Of a stretch of DNA of 64,000 nucleotides, positions 55,018 to 64,000 are shown one piece after another (the stretch's first letter is position 1; the number at the start of each line of letters is the position of its first letter). The translations under genes and the position numbers were made by a program. Source of the DNA: a virus (Duplodnaviria; Heunggongvirae; Uroviricota; Caudoviricetes); IMG/VR virus record IMGVR_UViG_3300042549_006728, one strand, 5' to 3'. The notes below the pieces were generated by a model. It worked only from the letters and a program-made list of their open reading frames with translations. It ran no database searches and had not been told where the DNA came from.

Positions 55018-55434
55018 ATGAAAACTATCCTTTTAACCCTATCGTTATTTTTTGTGAATTTAGTTAGTTCACAAGTTATTAAAATTCAAGTGTCTGAGGT
55101 TATGGATACCTATGGTTACGACACAAGTGTGACAAATTTTTTAAAAGACACAACCCTTATCTTTGAGACAAGAAAAGTTAATGGTGTTTATAATATCGAT
55201 TTAACACATAAAACTTTTATCCACATAAAAGATAATGTAGTTGAGAGTGAGGGTGAGATATCCTTTGAATGTAAAAATGGGGTTATATCGGTTAATTTTT
55301 TATTTGATGGATATAATATTTGGATGGTTATTAATACCGATATATATAATGAACAAGTAACTTGGTTCTCAGTATCCAATAATTTTATTGACTTAACTAA
55401 ATTTACAGGATTTATAATTGTGAAAGGTTCTTAA
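55018..55434 (+). CDS. Secreted hypothetical protein (plus strand)
   Basis: Signal peptide MKTILLTLSLFFVNLVSS; a terminator follows. Confidence 0.5.
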   Translation: MKTILLTLSLFFVNLVSSQVIKIQVSEVMDTYGYDTSVTNFLKDTTLIFETRKVNGVYNIDLTHKTFIHIKDNVVESEGEISFECKNGVISVNFLFDGYNIWMVINTDIYNEQVTWFSVSNNFIDLTKFTGFIIVKGS

Positions 55435-55440
55435 AATAAA

Positions 55441-55470
55441 AAACCCATCTTTTGATGGGTTTTTTTATTA
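55441..55470. terminator. Bidirectional factor-independent terminator
   Basis: aacccatc-ttttg-atgggtt followed by ttttttatt. Confidence 0.65.
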
Positions 55471-56865
55471 AGATTTAGATGGTATTTTAGGAGTAGTAGT
55501 TAAAGCTGCCCTTGTCTGAATATCAGGTTTAATATACGTATCGTAAAACCAATTCCATATAGTGTATTTTGGGTTTTTAGAATCGACAGGTTGATTCCAT
55601 ATTTTAAGTTTTTCATCCGTAACAAATTGTTGAGACTCAATAAATCCTTTTAAAGACTTTAATCCGACAGATGCTTCAGAAAATAGACTTTGTATCATCT
55701 TAGAATTACCCCAAGAAAACTGTAATGGACTTCTTCCTATGAAAGCTAATGAATGCCATATGTTCACAACAAATAGTACCATACCGTTATTGTCTCCCCC
55801 TCCCGCATAGAAACCTAATTTTTTTGCGTATGGGTTTTCAGTGGACGGATTAGAAGGTACACCTACAAATTTACTAAAAGTATCACTGTCTTTAAAATCT
55901 AATTTATATGTAATACCATCTGGAGTTTTATATACTTCCTTTAAATATTGTCTCGCAGTTACCGATTGGTTATTACCTAATACTCTACTTTTTTCTTCTT
56001 CCGTAATTAATAATTTATTCATATTCTTAGATGACTCATATAACCTTTTAAAATTATTAGTTTCTTCACCATAGTTATTAGTTTTACCCATAGAATCTTC
56101 ATATGAATAATTGAATAATTTTTTCATTTTATCCATATCTTCATTAATCATACTCTTATTTTTATGGGATATTACAGTACCTTCGTTAATAGAATCGTCC
56201 CATCTTACTTTATATGTTTGGTTACCATCTGTCATTAAGAATACATTACCGTCTGTTTTATAACTTTCTGGAATCAATACTTTCATATCATACTCAGATT
56301 CAAATTCATTTTTAAAGTTTAATCTTTTCATTTTTTTTGTTTTTGATTCGTTTGTTACTCTAACTTTAGGAGTTAAGTGATACTCTTCTGGTTTTCCGTA
56401 TTTATGTTTAATATATTTTTTACTATTATCTTTTAATGTTTCATAGGTTTCATCTTCTTCATCAGTTTCACCAAAACCATCATGTGTCCCAAATTCTTTA
56501 TCGTATTCAGAAGTATCATTTAATTTATCCATTCTTTCTGAAAAAGATTTAAATACTTCAGTATCCTCATTATCATACTTCAAACCTAACATTTTACCAG
56601 CACCAAGATCTTCTATTTCATATGCTTCTTCGTATTCTGATCTATTATATTTAGGTGATTTAAAATCATCCTCATTATCAAATTTATAATAATCTGACAA
56701 TTTTTTATCGAAATTCTTAAGGGCATCAGAATTAAATTCCCCACTTTTAGATCTAGCATCCATTGCCTTAGCCAATCCCGCAGGTTGTTTATCTTCCCTT
56801 ATAGTAATTTTACTTTTTTTAGTTAAGAATCTTCTTTCCATTTTTCTTTTATTTATAAATATCAC
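55468..56865 (-). CDS. Hypothetical protein (465 aa)
   Basis: ORF only. Confidence 0.55.
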   Translation of the reverse strand: MIFINKRKMERRFLTKKSKITIREDKQPAGLAKAMDARSKSGEFNSDALKNFDKKLSDYYKFDNEDDFKSPKYNRSEYEEAYEIEDLGAGKMLGLKYDNEDTEVFKSFSERMDKLNDTSEYDKEFGTHDGFGETDEEDETYETLKDNSKKYIKHKYGKPEEYHLTPKVRVTNESKTKKMKRLNFKNEFESEYDMKVLIPESYKTDGNVFLMTDGNQTYKVRWDDSINEGTVISHKNKSMINEDMDKMKKLFNYSYEDSMGKTNNYGEETNNFKRLYESSKNMNKLLITEEEKSRVLGNNQSVTARQYLKEVYKTPDGITYKLDFKDSDTFSKFVGVPSNPSTENPYAKKLGFYAGGGDNNGMVLFVVNIWHSLAFIGRSPLQFSWGNSKMIQSLFSEASVGLKSLKGFIESQQFVTDEKLKIWNQPVDSKNPKYTIWNWFYDTYIKPDIQTRAALTTTPKIPSKS

Positions 56866-56932
56866 TTTTTTATAAAAAATTTTGGTAGATTAAAATATTT
56901 ATACTATATTTGTTCTTATAAAATCAAACATT

Positions 56933-57208
56933 ATGAAAAAGTCAATTTTAATTATCGCAATGATTACCCTTTCTAATTTAGGGTTTAGTCAAACTATCAG
57001 TAATCAAAATAATACTGATGTAAATACAAAAAATTTAGTTGTAAATGATTTAGGTTATGACCCTAAAGTTTTAGGTGATAAAACTGTAGAATCACTTAAC
57101 GGTAAAAGTCAAGAAGAAAAAGAATGGTTTAAAAATACTTTTGTTCATAAAAGAGGTCAATTTAAAATCCCCTCTACACCAATAGTAGACCCATACTCTG
57201 AAAGATAA
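56933..57208 (+). CDS. Small secreted protein (plus strand)
   Basis: Signal peptide MKKSILIIAMITLSNLGFS. Confidence 0.45.
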   Translation: MKKSILIIAMITLSNLGFSQTISNQNNTDVNTKNLVVNDLGYDPKVLGDKTVESLNGKSQEEKEWFKNTFVHKRGQFKIPSTPIVDPYSER

Positions 57209-57227
57209 TATCTAAGTCTTGGGTGGA

Positions 57228-57659
57228 TTAAAGACTATTAAAATAATCTTCCCAAGCTTTATCTGTACCACTATCCATAGTACAAAAATAAGGAAGACTT
57301 TTCATTGGTCCACTATATGATATTAATGCAATACTATCAACAGTTGCATCAATTTCATTACTAAATCTATCACCTAAAGATTCGATAGGTACTATATCTA
57401 ACATAAATTGTCCTTCATCACCTGCATTTCCTGCCACATTATCCATAGCACCAGCAACACTTCTAGTTAAAAGAAGTCTTTTTATTCCTTTAGGTAAATT
57501 ATATTGTTGATTATATGTTAAACCATTTTCTCTAAAAGATGTATTCCTTTCAGTGTTTTTACAAAAAATATTTAATTCGGCACCAACTGGTTGTTCATTT
57601 AATAATCTTTTATTCGCCTCCATTATCATTTCTCTCTTTATTTTATCAATTCTACCCAT
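57228..57659 (-). CDS. Hypothetical protein
   Basis: ORF only. Confidence 0.5.
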   Translation of the reverse strand: MGRIDKIKREMIMEANKRLLNEQPVGAELNIFCKNTERNTSFRENGLTYNQQYNLPKGIKRLLLTRSVAGAMDNVAGNAGDEGQFMLDIVPIESLGDRFSNEIDATVDSIALISYSGPMKSLPYFCTMDSGTDKAWEDYFNSL

Positions 57660-57660
57660 T

Positions 57661-58950
57661 TTACTTCAATTTTAAATTACCTTTTTTTATTATTTTACTC
57701 TCACTATAAAATTCTATAGCTTCGGGACTTTGGTTACAATAAGGGAAAGTTTTACATTTTTCTTTTACCCTCACTTTTTGATATCCTAAATTAGTCATAT
57801 CTGGTTGTGTTTTTTTAACGGGTACTTTACCAGGACCCTTATCTGTTAACATAAATTTACTTTTTCCCCAACCTGATGTCGCATAAGTAGCGTTTGACGA
57901 AGCTCCAGTTGCTTCTTCAACTGAATTATCATCACACACACAATTTTCTTTAAGACTATCACACTCATCACAGTAATTAACTACCTCATCCTCAGAAATC
58001 ATTTTAGATTTATTTGGTTTATTAAATCTATTACTAAATAATCTATTAATTGGTCCACCAGCTCTACCTACAAAAGATCCTGAAGATGATGCACCTGTGC
58101 CCTCATCAACCTCACCTTCTTCTGAATCAAAATCCTCTACCTCATTTTCGTCTTTATATCTTTGGAAGTCCTCTATTTCCTTTTTTCTTCTTTCTTGCTC
58201 TTCTTCTTTTCTTTTTCTAATTACATTAAAAATATCATCTTTACTAAATCTCTTTTCAGATTTCTGTTTTAATTGATCCCTAAGACTTTTAGTTATTTCA
58301 TTATAATCTAAATCTTCGTTCATACCACCTTTAAATGATATTTCAACCCCATCTACAGTAATCTTACCTTTATTATGTAAATCTTTCATTTCTTTTTTAG
58401 AAAGTCGTAACGATTTTTTATTCTTTTGGTTTTTATCACCTATCGATATTATCCCATATTCAGAGTCACTATAAAAATTAGGTGTTTCTGATATATGATC
58501 CATAGCTATTTTTTTAGCTTCTTTTTTATCATCACTGTGTTCCATCTCTATCTTAGTACCAATAAAGATTTCTTTCCTTATATCTTCTATATCTAAATTA
58601 TGTTTCTCAGCAATTTCTTTCTCAGTTAAATTATTTTTAGATTCACTAAATCTTATCTTTTTTAAATCTGGTGTTCCTGATGATGATGCCGCAGCTTTAA
58701 ATTGTTTACCAATTTCTGACATACCCTCCTCTAAATTTTCTTCACCAAGTTTAATTCTCATTAAACCAATAAGATTTTCTAATTTATCTAATTTGTCATC
58801 TGGTAACGAATGCATTTTATTTAATTGGTTATACATTTTAACTGCCACTTTTAATTGACCAGAATTTTTACATGAAAGAATAACATCCTTAGTTCTTTCA
58901 TAATCACCCATCATTTTATTAGTATCCATCATTTTATTGAGTTTATCCAA
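57661..58950 (-). CDS. Hypothetical protein (429 aa, charged, Cys-rich C-terminus)
   Basis: ORF only. Confidence 0.5.
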   Translation of the reverse strand: MDKLNKMMDTNKMMGDYERTKDVILSCKNSGQLKVAVKMYNQLNKMHSLPDDKLDKLENLIGLMRIKLGEENLEEGMSEIGKQFKAAASSSGTPDLKKIRFSESKNNLTEKEIAEKHNLDIEDIRKEIFIGTKIEMEHSDDKKEAKKIAMDHISETPNFYSDSEYGIISIGDKNQKNKKSLRLSKKEMKDLHNKGKITVDGVEISFKGGMNEDLDYNEITKSLRDQLKQKSEKRFSKDDIFNVIRKRKEEEQERRKKEIEDFQRYKDENEVEDFDSEEGEVDEGTGASSSGSFVGRAGGPINRLFSNRFNKPNKSKMISEDEVVNYCDECDSLKENCVCDDNSVEEATGASSNATYATSGWGKSKFMLTDKGPGKVPVKKTQPDMTNLGYQKVRVKEKCKTFPYCNQSPEAIEFYSESKIIKKGNLKLK

Positions 58951-59189
58951 AATTGTCTTTTAATCCACAATTCTTTATATAATTGTACTAAAACGTCTTT
59001 ATTAATATCTAAGATATCTTTTCTTAAATTTTTACCTTTTAGTTCTTTTTGTATTATTTTTAATACTTTTTTTTCTAAATCATCACCAAAAGCGTTTTTT
59101 ATTTCTTTTCGTATCATAACCCCAATTTGATTTTCATCAGTTTGAGTTAAAGATTCTTTAATAGTATGCCTTAAGTGATTTTTATCCAT
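58929..59189 (-). CDS. Hypothetical protein
   Basis: ORF only. Confidence 0.45.
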   Translation of the reverse strand: MDKNHLRHTIKESLTQTDENQIGVMIRKEIKNAFGDDLEKKVLKIIQKELKGKNLRKDILDINKDVLVQLYKELWIKRQFWINSIK

Positions 59190-59234
59190 ATAAAATATTT
59201 CTATATAAATATTAAGAAAAAGTAAAAGATGTAA

Positions 59235-60020
59235 TTATTTATTTTTAAAATTCGATAAACGATAAAGATATTTCAACCCAACTTGTCTATTTGTATTACC
59301 ATCTATCATCAACATATGTTTTTTATATTGAACTGCAAATGCTAAAGATACTGCATTTGGGATATCTTGATTGAAACTACTTTGGAATCCTCCACCCAAT
59401 AACAATCCCCATTTACTTTGTTTCTCTGGTGTTGGTAAAGGTAAACTATTTATGTCCATTGAGTCGACAATTAACCATTCAGGGCCAATAAGTCTAGATT
59501 TCCATATACCTCTATCTGTTTCTGTCATAACAATCTGTAGAGGTAATTTACCAAAAGTAAATTCACCTTTATAGAATGCAGTTTTTCTATTGACAAAACC
59601 ATTCCATGTGATAAAACTATTCTTTTCATCAGGATAGTTTAATTTTAAGTCTATTCTATTGGTGTCATTTTTATTAACTGACCCAAAACCTTCTGTCACT
59701 TTACCTTCTAACGTAACTATAGTATTGTTTATCATTAAAAGTCTCTCATCTTGTTTTTTAATCAATCTAAATAAATCTTCATTCTGTTCTTTTAACTGAT
59801 TATTTAAATCTTTTTCACTATTAAAATAATTAACTAATTTTGCGTATTGACCGTCTGATTCTTTAGTGGTTTTATCCATACTTAAAATCACCTTATTACC
59901 GTTATTGATTTCATCATATAATTTTTTTTGCATCTGGTTGTATTTAACCCAACCAAATAGCATTAAAATTATTATCACAACAGATAATACTATCAATAAT
60001 ATATCTTTAATATTTTTCAT
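59235..60020 (-). CDS. Membrane-anchored hypothetical protein
   Basis: N-terminal TM helix. Confidence 0.5.
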   Translation of the reverse strand: MKNIKDILLIVLSVVIIILMLFGWVKYNQMQKKLYDEINNGNKVILSMDKTTKESDGQYAKLVNYFNSEKDLNNQLKEQNEDLFRLIKKQDERLLMINNTIVTLEGKVTEGFGSVNKNDTNRIDLKLNYPDEKNSFITWNGFVNRKTAFYKGEFTFGKLPLQIVMTETDRGIWKSRLIGPEWLIVDSMDINSLPLPTPEKQSKWGLLLGGGFQSSFNQDIPNAVSLAFAVQYKKHMLMIDGNTNRQVGLKYLYRLSNFKNK

Positions 60021-60547
60021 TACATTGCACCACTTTCTTCTTCTTCACCAGTTTCAGCGTTTTCTAATGGTTCAGGACCAGTCTCTTCATTTTCTTCGTC
60101 CCTTGTATCGTTTTTATATTCTTCTGCAATTTTAGTAGCCCATTCATTTGCCCAAGATTCATAATAAGCAACTAACTTTTGAATTTGTGTAAGTGTTTGA
60201 TCATTTAATTGTAACAAATCTGCAGTAATATAAACACCTCTTGTGTCATCTAAAGAATAAAACCATTCAATACTACTATCAGTAAACTTACCACTGAACT
60301 CAACATTTTGTGCCTTAGGATATAATCTAAATCTATTAAATTTAACTCTAGGTGTTACAGTATCTCTGAATTTCTTTTCTTCTTCAGAAAGTTCTGATGG
60401 ATCCAAATCCTTATCTTCTTTAGATTCGTCAGCCTCTCTAAGGAGTCTACTTTTTTGTTTATTTTCTCTGATAAGTATATTTTTTCTATTTCTATCAGAT
60501 TCTCTAATTAACTCTAACATTTTTTTAGTTACATCGTGTTCACTCAT
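60020..60547 (-). CDS. Hypothetical acidic protein
   Basis: ORF only. Confidence 0.5.
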   Translation of the reverse strand: MSEHDVTKKMLELIRESDRNRKNILIRENKQKSRLLREADESKEDKDLDPSELSEEEKKFRDTVTPRVKFNRFRLYPKAQNVEFSGKFTDSSIEWFYSLDDTRGVYITADLLQLNDQTLTQIQKLVAYYESWANEWATKIAEEYKNDTRDEENEETGPEPLENAETGEEEESGAM

Positions 60548-60557
60548 ATCTTTTTTT

Positions 60558-61166
60558 TTAATTTTCTATTAATTCTTTAAAATTTTTAAATTCCCAACTA
60601 GGATTTAAATCTGTACTATCTTTATAATAGTTGCTTCTGTACGTTATTCCTTCAAAATACTCCACACCATCTATAAATGTATTATGTCCAACACAATTTT
60701 TAGGTATTTCATATTTTTCGCAAAGATATTTAACTAAATTTGCGCAAGAGATAATTTGTTTTTTAGTGTATGAGTCCCAATACGTAAACCCACGCCACCT
60801 TTTTTCAAATACATTCTTACTTTTATTATAAATATTGCCAACCCAATTAAAATACTCATTGTTGAGTAAATCTTTTTGTAACCAACCTTGATTTTCTATC
60901 AAAATAGATATTATTTTCTTATCCATAGATTTATTCTCTAAAAAATCTGAGTACATCGATGGGTTAAAGTGTTGAACTATTTCACCATTCTTAAAAATAG
61001 TAAAGGTGGAGGTTTTTTTATAATCTCCACCCATTCTAGTTTTCCAACCTTTTATATGATAATCTTTTTCAGAAAAACTGTTACCTATAACAATTTGTCT
61101 TTTATTAAACTCAGTCTTATAGAAATTTTTTTCATCTAACTCATATTTTTCTAAGTTAATATCCAT
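60558..61166 (-). CDS. Hypothetical protein
   Basis: ORF only. Confidence 0.5.
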   Translation of the reverse strand: MDINLEKYELDEKNFYKTEFNKRQIVIGNSFSEKDYHIKGWKTRMGGDYKKTSTFTIFKNGEIVQHFNPSMYSDFLENKSMDKKIISILIENQGWLQKDLLNNEYFNWVGNIYNKSKNVFEKRWRGFTYWDSYTKKQIISCANLVKYLCEKYEIPKNCVGHNTFIDGVEYFEGITYRSNYYKDSTDLNPSWEFKNFKELIEN

Positions 61167-62140
61167 TAATCTATTCTTTTAATATCACTTCTTTTATTTT
61201 TAGTCCCAACTGGAGGAGAATTTTTTTGTTCTTTATATTTTTTTAAGGCGTTTTGTAATAACTCATTAGGACTTTGTTCTTCTTTAATTAGTGCATTAAA
61301 AAAAACTTCAGCATCTTTTTCACTTAATTCTTTATCAATACTCTCCATATCGGTAATTAACTTTTCTTCATCATCTAACCCATCGTTTAATGTATTGTCC
61401 CAAACGCTCATATCGTCTTCGTCATCTTCGTCTTCAATTGGATCTACATAGTAAGGTGTAAATGCTAATGCGGAAGGTTCATCTTCAATATCCTCTTTTG
61501 TTGGTATGGGTAATTTACCTTCTTCCCTCAATCTATTAACTCTACCCCAAACTTCCTTTTGTATGTCATAATATTTACTTACTACATCGTCACCTACCAC
61601 CTCTTCCATTTTAGTAGTGGTATCATCTATTGTTTCTTTTATTTCTTTAGTATCGACTGTATCCTCATTCGTTGAATCTACTTTTTCGTATTTAACAAAA
61701 AAGTGTAGTGATGTTAATGATATTATTGGTAATAAACCACCTTCTAAAAATGCCAACCATCTTTTCATAGAAGGTATGTCTGTTGGATCAGATCCTACCA
61801 ATTCCCACATAGGACCAGTTAACTCAACCCAAGATTTAAATAGCTCACCATTGGGGTCTATTTCTTTATATGAAAAGAATATATTACCTATCATTTGGAT
61901 TAATGTCACAATACCAAACATAAACCAAACACCACCCTTAATTTTATTAGTTGCCGCAACTAATGCAGTCATAGCACCAACCTCAATCGCAACTGATAAA
62001 TAAATTGCCCAATTTAATGGGTTTGCGATATTATACCAAGTAACTACGTGCGAAATAGAAATTGCCGCAACTAGTAAAATCGGTACTAAAAACATTGCCC
62101 TATTAGGATTATTTTTAATCCATTCCCAGATTTTTTTCAT
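61166..62140 (-). CDS. Polytopic membrane protein with an acidic C-terminal tail
   Basis: About 5 TM segments in the N-terminal half. Confidence 0.5.
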   Translation of the reverse strand: MKKIWEWIKNNPNRAMFLVPILLVAAISISHVVTWYNIANPLNWAIYLSVAIEVGAMTALVAATNKIKGGVWFMFGIVTLIQMIGNIFFSYKEIDPNGELFKSWVELTGPMWELVGSDPTDIPSMKRWLAFLEGGLLPIISLTSLHFFVKYEKVDSTNEDTVDTKEIKETIDDTTTKMEEVVGDDVVSKYYDIQKEVWGRVNRLREEGKLPIPTKEDIEDEPSALAFTPYYVDPIEDEDDEDDMSVWDNTLNDGLDDEEKLITDMESIDKELSEKDAEVFFNALIKEEQSPNELLQNALKKYKEQKNSPPVGTKNKRSDIKRID

Positions 62141-62165
62141 TATAATTGATGTTATTAGTTTACTA

Positions 62166-62495
62166 TTATTTTTGGAGTTTTTTGATATTTTCCTTTACAA
62201 CCATGTGTAACTCCATTAACTGTTCACTTCTGTTTTTTTCAGATATATAATCATCATATTCAGAATGTACTTTTAATTTCTCAACTCTGATTACTTCCGA
62301 AATATCTTTGATGGTGTCTTTTTGTCCATTAATGACAAAATTTAAACTATCAATAACTTTAGAGTTATGTATTTCCTCTTTTTGTAATTTTTTTACTTCA
62401 CTAGATTTAATACAAGACCTAAAGAAGAAAATAAATAACAATGTTGACAAGATGTGAATCTTATACTTTTTCAAAAATTCGATAAAATTTTTCAT
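62166..62495 (-). CDS. Hypothetical protein (N-terminal TM)
   Basis: ORF only. Confidence 0.45.
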   Translation of the reverse strand: MKNFIEFLKKYKIHILSTLLFIFFFRSCIKSSEVKKLQKEEIHNSKVIDSLNFVINGQKDTIKDISEVIRVEKLKVHSEYDDYISEKNRSEQLMELHMVVKENIKKLQK

Positions 62496-62540
62496 ACTTT
62501 TTTTTTAATAAATATAATATTTTTTACTTTTAAAGTAAAT

Positions 62541-62567
62541 AGAAAAAAAATGGGGGATAATCCCCCA
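62541..62567 (-). terminator. Factor-independent terminator (minus strand)
   Basis: tgggggat-aa-tccccca followed on the minus strand by TTTTTTTTCT. Confidence 0.55.
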
Positions 62568-62570
62568 AAT

Positions 62571-63368
62571 TTATATGTTAAATATTCCACCCATATTATT
62601 CCTAATTTTTCTGATGGCACCCTCTTTTATTTGTCTGACTCTTTCTTTTGTAAGTCCTACCTCATCTCCTATCATTTCCAGTGTCATAGGTTCACCATTA
62701 ATACCGTAATAACAATTAATTATCTCAATCTCTCTAGCGGATAAACCTCTAATTATTCGATTCATTTCTTTAGCTTTAAGATATTCTTCTTCCTCAGTGA
62801 AAATGTCTGGTCTTTTAAAGAAATTATCTTCTAATAGATTAATCATTTCTTCACCATCCTCATTAATAGTCATATTATATGATATACAAATAGGTGTAGA
62901 TATTTGTTCTACTTCATCATTTTGAGGATTTCTTTGGTTTTCTTTTTCAAAAGATTCTATTTGTTTCTTTATTTTAGATAGTTTATTTATAATATTACCT
63001 GGTAATCTAACAGTTCTAGAATTATCATTCAAAGATTGTAATATAGATTGTTTAATCCACCATATCGCATATGATATAAATCTGAAACCTTTAGTATGAT
63101 CAAATCTTTTTGCTGCCGTAATTAATCCATAATTACCTTCAGAAATTAAATCTGCAATTGGTAATCCTTGATTTTGGTATTCCTTAGCCACTTTAATAAC
63201 AAATCTTAAATTTGCCTTAACTAATTGGTTTAGGGCATTTTGATCCCCATCTTTAATTCTCTTTGCTAAACTAACTTCCTCATCTATTGTTAAGATATCT
63301 GTTTTTCTAACGTCTTTTAGGTATAGGTTTAATGAATCTTCTGTTAAGTCAATATATTTATTTGTCAT
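62571..63368 (-). CDS. Sigma-70 family RNA polymerase sigma factor
   Basis: Region 2 LISEGNYGLITAAKRFD and region 4 LTLEMIGDEVGLTKERVRQIKEGAIRKIR. Confidence 0.8.
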   Translation of the reverse strand: MTNKYIDLTEDSLNLYLKDVRKTDILTIDEEVSLAKRIKDGDQNALNQLVKANLRFVIKVAKEYQNQGLPIADLISEGNYGLITAAKRFDHTKGFRFISYAIWWIKQSILQSLNDNSRTVRLPGNIINKLSKIKKQIESFEKENQRNPQNDEVEQISTPICISYNMTINEDGEEMINLLEDNFFKRPDIFTEEEEYLKAKEMNRIIRGLSAREIEIINCYYGINGEPMTLEMIGDEVGLTKERVRQIKEGAIRKIRNNMGGIFNI

Positions 63369-63391
63369 AAGTAAACTTTGTTTTTTATTTG

Positions 63392-63883
63392 TTATTTATT
63401 TTTTATTTGATCCCTTAATTTTGCGGCAGTTTCGTAATCTTCTTTATCCAATGCTTCTTTTAATTCTTCTTCTATACTTTTTTCAGTAAAACCTTTAAAA
63501 CCATAATCTGTAATCTCATCAAAAATCCCATTCTTAATGTTTTTTAAAGTCTCTTGTATTTGTTCAAAGGGTAGTATATTAAGTTGTTTACCAAATAACG
63601 CCTCCTCAAAACTCTTATCTTCTAAATTCGCTGCGTAAAACCCAGGTGTCATCTCAAATACAATATACGATTTCTTACCCATATCTAGTAACTCTTTTAT
63701 CTCTAATAGATTGAAGCTACTTTTAAATGTGGCAATTATTAATCCTGATCCACTAACAAAATTAACATTAGTTTCTGAAATAATAGTTAAATCCTCCTTT
63801 AACTCCTCTATACTATTGAGTCCTACAACACAATAAGTTTTTAAAAAATTTCTTTCCATATCTACAACATTAAATATCAACAA
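63392..63883 (-). CDS. Hypothetical protein with a C-terminal UVR-like motif
   Basis: ORF ending ...YETAAKLRDQIKNK. A TTATATTTGTCAC motif lies about 50 nt upstream. Confidence 0.5.
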   Translation of the reverse strand: MLIFNVVDMERNFLKTYCVVGLNSIEELKEDLTIISETNVNFVSGSGLIIATFKSSFNLLEIKELLDMGKKSYIVFEMTPGFYAANLEDKSFEEALFGKQLNILPFEQIQETLKNIKNGIFDEITDYGFKGFTEKSIEEELKEALDKEDYETAAKLRDQIKNK

Positions 63884-64000
63884 AAATCATACACATTATT
63901 TTATAGTGACAAATATAACAATTTCTATTTGATTTGCAAAGTAGAAATGTCATTTATTTTTTCTACTGTAACAATTTTGTCAGCCCAGTCCTGAACTATG

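Noticed and set aside
4520-62744. Many plus-strand ORFs of 60-130 aa in the track that overlap minus-strand genes, for example 4520-4738, 5036-5452, 7394-7621, 10349-10531, 11339-12412, 17064-18238, 23744-24713, 45350-46123, 49279-49810, 59371-62003 and 62454-62744.
   Set aside because: They are antisense to long minus-strand genes that carry recognisable motifs. They are low-complexity, Leu/Phe/Ile-rich AT-rich reading-frame artefacts with no promoter or terminator context.
1-64000. Alternative genetic code (TAG or TGA reassignment), prompted by the suppressor-like tRNA candidates.
   Set aside because: ORFs across the window are long, contiguous and motif-bearing under the standard code. 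I saw no systematic in-frame stops. Reassignment, if it occurs at all, would lie outside this window.
1-64000. Eukaryotic giant-virus or bacterial-chromosome origin.
   Set aside because: A sigma-70 factor, a tmRNA, Dam/SPPY methyltransferases and factor-independent terminators indicate a bacteriophage. The one-strand layout with overlapping stops and starts points the same way. So does the absence of housekeeping operons. No integrase or attachment site was seen, so there is no prophage signature.
1-64000. CRISPR arrays.
   Set aside because: No direct-repeat/spacer periodicity was found. The only tandem repeats are the 24-bp x3 unit at 241-311 and a KKTEPDKKT-coding repeat inside 48911-51166.

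Overview
This window is AT-rich (about 70% A+T), gene-dense and almost entirely transcribed from the minus strand. It looks like part of a large virulent phage. Supporting content is a sigma-70-family sigma factor, three DNA methyltransferases, two HNH endonucleases, DnaJ, thioredoxin, a virion-type M23 peptidase and a very large tRNA repertoire. Short leaders or leaderless starts sit behind a recurring TAnnTTTG motif (TATATTTGTAAAAAAAA...ATG), which suggests a Bacteroidetes or Flavobacteriia-type host; this is an inference, not a measurement.

Two tRNA islands lie on the minus strand at 12.9-16.3 kb and 28.4-31.7 kb. By eye I decoded 28 canonical tRNAs. A tmRNA (ssrA, 37052-37449) has G3:U70 and a GCA-AAC resume codon but an unusually long tag frame.

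The most unusual content is an RNA-centred system:
- A Ro60/Rsr orthologue (TROVE + vWA, 44866-46281) is followed by about 520 nt of structured non-coding sequence, a candidate Y RNA locus.
- A circularly permuted tRNA-like module (T-arm, acceptor stem capped by a UUCG tetraloop, then D-arm) is enclosed by a long terminal bulged stem at 29312-29459. This is the YrlA-type Y RNA architecture.
- Five paralogous elements in island 1 keep intact acceptor, D and T arms, but the anticodon arm is replaced by variable inserts.
- A CCA-adding enzyme, a split polynucleotide kinase/phosphatase with an Rnl1-type RNA ligase, and the tmRNA complete the RNA toolkit.

Other notable features:
- A NAD+ salvage block (NadV, PRPP synthetase, Nudix).
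- Six otherwise unrelated proteins sharing an N-terminal M-K-I-x-I-T-E-S-Q-Y-K-K-L motif, a candidate virion-targeting signal; one of them is a dual-M23 peptidase.
- A mosaic of repeated intergenic cassettes at 25.8-27.9 kb.
- Several factor-independent terminators.

All tRNA folds and coordinates were derived by hand and need confirmation with tRNAscan-SE, ARAGORN and Infernal.
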